Assembly: GCA_963842525.1 (NCBI GenBank) | Contig: CAWJGT010000003.1 | Span: 96,001-160,000 of the forward strand | Source: an uncultured Holophagales bacterium | GTDB taxonomy: Bacteria; Acidobacteriota; Thermoanaerobaculia; Multivoradales; UBA5704 | Length of the DNA: 64,000 bases | Direction: 5' to 3' | In this document: positions 59,272 through 64,000 of the stretch, piece by piece | Layout: each line of letters begins with the position of its first letter | Numbering within the stretch: the first letter of the stretch is position 1 | Notes under the pieces: generated by a model | Seen by the model: only the letters and a program-made list of their open reading frames with translations | Database searches by the model: none | Told to the model about the DNA's origin: nothing | Translations under genes and position numbers: made by a program

Positions 59272-60488
59272 GCAGCCCCCGACGGGGGAGCCGAAGACGC
59301 CCGCACCGGCCAACCGCTACGAGAGGCCGTTGGACCGAGGGCTCGCTCGCGGGGTCCGGGAGCTTCTCCCGGCTGTTTCAGGAGATCGACGAGGGGAAGG
59401 CTCTCCTGACCGACCTCTTCCGCAGAAGCGCGCCCGAGCGCAGCGTGGCCGTGGTGGAGGAGACCCGGTTCCAGGCGCTCGGGCTCTGCGAGCTCCTGCA
59501 GGCGAGGAGCCAGGAGCTCTGGTTCTCCGACCCCGCCGCCGCGGTCGACCTGGCCGAGCTTGCCGTCGCCGTGGCCGGCCGGCTGGACGAGGAGCACTAC
59601 GGCCGAGCGTTGGTCGAGGATGCCCGCGCCCTGGCCTGGGGCCATCTGGGCAATGCGCGCCGCATCGCCTCCGACCTCCGGAAGGCGGAGGAGGCGCTCC
59701 AGACCTCCGAGCAACACCTCGCCTTATCCGATGCCGACGCTCACACCGAGGCCCAGATCCTGAGCTTCAAGGCGTCCCTGAGAAACTCCCAAGGGCGCTT
59801 CGATGAAGCAACCCAGCTCCTGGACCGAGTCATCGCCATCTACCGCGACGCCAGGGATCGCCACCTGGAAGGCAAGGCTCTGATCAAGAAAGGAATGGTC
59901 ATGGGAGACGCGGGCCGGCACCGTCCGGCCGTCCGCCTGCTCCGGCAGGGGCTCTCTCGGATCGTCCCCTTCGAAGAACCGGCCCTCCTGGTCTCGGCGC
60001 GGCACAACCTCATTCTGTATCTCCATGAGAGCGGGAGGAACGCGGAGGCGGAAAGCGCTCTTGTCGAGACGCGTGGGCTCTACGACGAGTTGGGCCAGCC
60101 GACGCACCGGATCCGCCTCGGTTGGCTGGCGGGGAAGATCGCCCGCGATCTCGGCCGCCTCGACGAGGCGGAGACCGTCCTGCGGCAAGCCCGGGACGCC
60201 TTTATCGCCCAGGGCATCGGCTTCGACGCGGCCCTGGTCGCCCTCGACCTCGCGCTGGTCCACGTACGGAAGGGAGACCGCGCCGAGATCAAGCATCTGG
60301 CGGCGGAGATGGTCCCCATCTTCCAGTCGCGTGACGTGCACGCGGAAGCGGCCGCCGCGCTGGTCCTCTTCCAGAACGCCGCCGAGGCCGAGGAGGTCAC
60401 CGAAGATCTGGTCCGCCAGATGGCCGCCTACCTCCAGCGCGCCCGGCACGACCCGGATCTGCGGTTCGCCGCCAGGAAGAGGAGCTAG
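59234..60488 (+). CDS. Tetratricopeptide repeat protein (start is either GTG 59234 with a +1 frameshift near 59358, or ATG 59268)
   Basis: Serial TPR-like helices: AWGHLGNARRI..DL..AE, ASLR..QGRFDEA..LL, ARHNL..L..GR..EA, G.I...LGR.DEAE. Confidence 0.82.
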
Positions 60489-60510
60489 TCCGCCGCGGGG
60501 CCGTCGCCGA

Positions 60511-60687
60511 TCAGCAGTTGCCCGAGCAGTCCCACCCCGCGATGGTGCAGGCCTTGTAGATTTCGCAGCTCGGCCCGGTGTTGCCACCTGCGACCGCTTC
60601 GTCGCGCAGCTCAATGCTCTCGGATTGGAGTCGGAGCAGCGTCTCTTTGTTGAGGGTGATTTTCTTGCCTTCTTTGGTCTTCTTCAC
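60511..60687 (-). CDS. RiPP precursor, lanthipeptide-like (58 aa)
   Basis: RBS AAGGAG plus GTG; leader KKITLNKETLLRL..AVAGG; core NTGPSCEIYKACTIAGWDCSGNC. Confidence 0.75.
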   Translation of the reverse strand: MKKTKEGKKITLNKETLLRLQSESIELRDEAVAGGNTGPSCEIYKACTIAGWDCSGNC

Positions 60688-60836
60688 GGCTTCTCCTTCG
60701 GCGCAGCGGTGAACCTGCACAGGAAGCTGTGCGGACGCGAAGATCCTCTCACCAACGACCACGCACTGCAACAGGCTCAGACTCCCTTCCCCGTGGCCAC
60801 GTCGCTGGTGACGTCTTTCTAGAGTGATAGGATCAG

Positions 60837-61145
60837 ATGATGAAGTCGAGAACTTTCCCTGAGCTGTTTGAGGAAGCGGAGCGGCACGAAGACTACTGGG
60901 TGGCGGGCGCGATCCTCGAGCTCACGGAAGACGTAGTGCGGGAGATGGAGCGCCAGGGAATCACCCGCACGGAGCTTGCGCAGAGACTCGGCATTACCCC
61001 CGCGTACGTGACCAAGACCCTGCGCGGCCAGGTGTGCTTCTCCCTCGCCACGATGGTGCGGCTGGCTCGCGCGCTCGACGCGGAGCTCCGCGTCCAAATC
61101 GCAGGCCCAACTGTGACGACTGCGAAGAGAGCACACCCCCGGTGA
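60837..61145 (+). CDS. XRE-family HTH protein (antitoxin-like)
   Basis: M...GITRTELAQRLG.TPAYVTK.LRG...SL.TMVRLA.ALD. Confidence 0.85.
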   Translation: MMKSRTFPELFEEAERHEDYWVAGAILELTEDVVREMERQGITRTELAQRLGITPAYVTKTLRGQVCFSLATMVRLARALDAELRVQIAGPTVTTAKRAHPR

Positions 61146-61481
61146 GCAGTCGAAAGCCGATTAACCGTGAAGCGGCGCGAGAGGGCGCTCCGCCACGGCC
61201 ACCCCCCGACGCTCCAACGCTGGCGGGCGCTGCATCACCTTGCGGGCCGCAGCGCCGCGCTTTGGGCCTCTCTGGTGGCCGACCGTCCGGCCACGCGGAC
61301 CTTTTCCTACCGAGAAGGGCAACGAGCAGAAGACAGGGCCGCTTCGGTGGAAGTTCGTCCGTCCCCAGCTTCATCCGGGTATGTGGCTCGGCGAAGAGGC
61401 ACCTAGTCCGGGCCGGATCTCCAAGACCGGCCGCCACTCGCCCTTCCACCCAAACCAGGCGGGACCCAGTTCCTAGGCAAT

Positions 61482-62231
61482 TTGCATAGTTACCCTGCGG
61501 CAGGTGAAGTTCTCGAAGATCTCGGCGCCAAGTTCGATTTGCCACCCATGCAGCGCTGGCGAATCGGTTTAGCTCTTCAAGATCTTGGACGCTTTACTGC
61601 GGCCCTTAACATATTTCGGGAAATTGCATCCGTATCCCAAGATGCGGGATTGTTTGCTGTTACCACTTTGCACGAAGCGGGAGAGGCTGAACTACTTATT
61701 AGCATACTACGCGACCCGCTTGTAGATCCAGTTATACGAATGCTGGCCGCGCAGCACTCTGGTGAACTTGGGCGTGGAGAGGAGGTTCTAAAGATCGCGG
61801 CCCTTGATAGCATGGACGACTCTGGGCGGAAGGCGGCTATTTCAGCTCTCAATTTGCTTGGTAGAAAGAGCGATCTTGAGGTGCTCGTGCGCAGAAGAGA
61901 TTTAAAAAGTGATTTATGCTTCGCTGTGGCAGAGAGCTTGGAGAAGACACGTAGTGATGAAATATTAAGCAGAATAGCAGGGGATCGAAAAGCCTCGAAT
62001 GATGCTCGGATGGCTGCCGGCATTGCTCTTAAAAAACTCGATCGGCTCGAAGTCATCAAGGCCTTGGCTAGAGATAAGACTACGCCTCGTGAAGTTGCAC
62101 TATTCTTCGGAGTCCTGGCTGGCGCTACAGATCTTGCATCGCTTAAAAGGGCCGTAGGGCCAGGCCGGGCCATTCCAGGCCGACCTTATTTCCAGCAAAG
62201 AGGAAGGAAGAAGCGTCCAAAGAAGCGTTAA
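61482..62231 (+). CDS. HEAT/alpha-solenoid repeat protein, probably a 5'-truncated foreign fragment
   Basis: Repeats of R..AA..L..LG...L..IA.D; visibly lower GC than the flanks; no good start or RBS. Confidence 0.5.
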   Translation: MHSYPAAGEVLEDLGAKFDLPPMQRWRIGLALQDLGRFTAALNIFREIASVSQDAGLFAVTTLHEAGEAELLISILRDPLVDPVIRMLAAQHSGELGRGEEVLKIAALDSMDDSGRKAAISALNLLGRKSDLEVLVRRRDLKSDLCFAVAESLEKTRSDEILSRIAGDRKASNDARMAAGIALKKLDRLEVIKALARDKTTPREVALFFGVLAGATDLASLKRAVGPGRAIPGRPYFQQRGRKKRPKKR

Positions 62232-62305
62232 TGCAGAGGGAGTCTTCCTTCAATAGATGCATGCTGGAAGGACTACGCGTGGCGGAGTTTTCGTCGGCAA
62301 AAACC

Positions 62306-62608
62306 TCATCTCCTGATATGGAGCCCGAGGAGGATCCCGTCCGTGCTGAGTACGTCTCGCGCGTAGCCGACCGCAGCGAGCACGTCCTCGCGGGTCAGAC
62401 CGGGGTAGTCGACGAGGATGTCATCGATCGCGGAGCCGGCAGCGATCTTTTCGAGGAGGATCTCCACCGTGATCCGAGTGCCCCGGATGACGGGCTTTCC
62501 CAACATAACTTGCGGGTTGATGTTGATGCGTTCCAGGAGATCCTCCGGTATAAGGTGGCTCGGGGAGGGGCGGCCTTCCCGGCAGGCGTAGTCTAGCAGG
62601 AACCGCAC
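62306..62608 (-). CDS. DUF433-family antitoxin-like protein with an atypical N-terminus
   Basis: RI.INP.V..GKPVIRGTRI.VE.LL...A.G.....IL.DYP.LT.EDV.AA..YA. Confidence 0.75.
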   Translation of the reverse strand: MRFLLDYACREGRPSPSHLIPEDLLERININPQVMLGKPVIRGTRITVEILLEKIAAGSAIDDILVDYPGLTREDVLAAVGYARDVLSTDGILLGLHIRR

Positions 62609-62662
62609 AGAAGGTCCCGCGCCCGTCCTCCATCGGGGCTCACGCCCCTCGTCCCTGCCGCC

Positions 62663-62759
62663 GCCCGTTGGGGCTTGGAGAGATGGGGGATGCCTTCCCG
62701 GGGTCGCCGCGCCTTCGACGCTCGGACCCCGGCTCTATGCTGTCGCCCCCTCTGGGGGC
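62663..62759. repeat. Three-hairpin REP-like element, family C
   Basis: CCGGGGTC..GACCCCGG stem flanked by GCCC..GGGC hairpins, as at 37037. Confidence 0.7.
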
Positions 62760-62843
62760 TCAGCAGCCACAGGCCGAGAGCGCTCCCGGGAACGTGAGGA
62801 TGGACGAAGTGATGGTAAACTCACGAGGCATGAGGTTGAGCGT

Positions 62844-63296
62844 ATGGTGACCCGACACGTCGAGTTGACAGAAGAGCAGAATGAGACTCTGGAGCGGCTT
62901 GCCGCCTCTGAGGGACGACCCGTCTCAGAGCTGATCCGTGCCGGGGTGGATGTCGTCCTGGGTAGAAGGGGATCCACCCTGCGCCTCGTCCATGGCAACG
63001 GCAAGGGGACGTCTGAGCAGGCGCCGCGCCTTTCGGAGAAAGAGTCGGAGCTTCTCCTGGCGATCAATCGAAGTCTGCCAGAGCCAAGGGCCGGGCGTTA
63101 CCGAGAGCTGGTGAGCCGGCGCCGGGCGGGTACGCTCAGTCCGAAGGAGCATCAGGAGCTGCTGGACTTGACCGACCAAGTGGAGCAGTTGCAGGCCGAG
63201 CGGATCGAGCATCTGGCAGAGCTTGCGCAGCTCCGCGGCCGGCCGCTCGGAGTGCTGCTGGAGGAGCTCGGAATCCGGCCCTCTCCGTCCGAATGA
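62844..63296 (+). CDS. Ribbon-helix-helix (CopG-like) protein with a helical C-terminal domain; putative antitoxin
   Basis: V.LTEEQ...L..LA...GR.VSELIR.GV; RY.EL..RRR.GTL...E..EL; ATGA overlap with the HNH gene. Confidence 0.72.
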   Translation: MVTRHVELTEEQNETLERLAASEGRPVSELIRAGVDVVLGRRGSTLRLVHGNGKGTSEQAPRLSEKESELLLAINRSLPEPRAGRYRELVSRRRAGTLSPKEHQELLDLTDQVEQLQAERIEHLAELAQLRGRPLGVLLEELGIRPSPSE

Positions 63297-63735
63297 TTGA
63301 CAAACACTTGGGGAGTGCGCGGAGGGAGGGGGTCAAGTCTCGCGCCGCGGGCTTTGTGAGTACTGCCGCAGCCAGGATCGTTTCGCAACCCAATCGTTTG
63401 CGGTCGAGCACATCGTCCCTGTTCAGGCCGGAGGAGGGAGCGATTTGGACAATCTGGCTTTCGCCTGCCAGGGCTGCAACAACCATAAATACACCAAAGT
63501 CGAGGCTCTCGATCCTGTGACCGGAGAGGCCGTCGCCCTCTTCCATCCAAGGCGCGATCGGTGGCCTGACCATTTCATCTGGAGCCACGACTTCGCTCGC
63601 ATCGTCGGCCTTACCGCCAAGGGCCGGGCGACGGTCGAGGCGCTTCGCCTCAACCGTCCAGGTCTCGTGAATCTGCGGCAGGCGCTCTTCCGCTGTGGCG
63701 AGCACCCTCTCGCGGAACCAGACGAAGACTCCTGA
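63293..63735 (+). CDS. HNH endonuclease, missing one T at 63353-63355
   Basis: Adding one T gives RA.G.CEYC..EHIVP..GG....NLA.AC..CN..K, LFHPR...W..HF, G.T..GRAT..L.LN. Confidence 0.82.
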
Positions 63736-63779
63736 TAGCCCCGGCGGCGGTGCAGAAGCCGGAGCCCAGCCGGTCGAAG

Positions 63780-64000
63780 CTACCGGAAGGCTCTGAAGAG
63801 AAGGCTTGCCAGCGCCCAGGCCAGCATCAGTATTCCGAAGATGAGGTTGCCGCGACGAGGCCTGGGGCGCACCTGGGGCATGAAAGAGGTGGTCAGGAGC
63901 GCAATGGCAGCCGCGATCAGCCACAGCTCGGCGGGGAAATCCTTGAGGCCGAACCGCTCGATCAGGATTTTGAGGAGCTCGACCCCCCCTTGCGCAACGA
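63780..64000 (-). CDS. 3' end of a membrane protein that begins beyond the window
   Basis: Open frame ...ELWLIAAAIALLTTSF..NLIFGILMLAWALASLLFRAFR-stop, with two hydrophobic segments. Confidence 0.5.
   Translation of the reverse strand, partial: VAQGGVELLKILIERFGLKDFPAELWLIAAAIALLTTSFMPQVRPRPRRGNLIFGILMLAWALASLLFRAFR

Overview
High-GC bacterial chromosomal window, most consistent with Acidobacteriota (Thermoanaerobaculia-like). This is inferred from gene families and repeat styles; no marker gene is present. Core-type content: dnaK-hsp20-hspR, a DnaC-like ATPase, a SpoIID/SPOR lipoprotein, deoC plus an ALDH16-type aldehyde dehydrogenase, a copper operon (cupredoxin-copA-csoR), pfkA, rsgA, Slt, an M23 peptidase, CheR-TPR, AmrB/AmrA, a MacAB-like exporter and a USP. 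Accessory content: an intact IS3 with a 3-bp target duplication, several toxin-antitoxin and nuclease genes, several families of REP-like palindromes and gene remnants. The most notable candidates are: (1) a secreted peptide with three DNRxxIDPxG cores, followed by a sigma-region-2-only protein and a TPR protein, preceded by about 25 helically phased palindromes and facing an orphan lanthipeptide-like precursor (58.0-60.7 kb); (2) a sigma54-dependent ~64-nt sRNA with an anti-Shine-Dalgarno seed and tandem enhancer sites, directly behind its putative NtrC-family activator (20.9-21.1 kb); (3) a 2219-aa adhesin followed by three tail-collar proteins, a GNAT and a DUF6916-like gene with no phage context (22.6-31.8 kb). 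Several genes carry single-base frameshifts that look like sequencing errors. No rRNA, tRNA or CRISPR array was seen. All family assignments come from motif recognition by eye; no searches were run.
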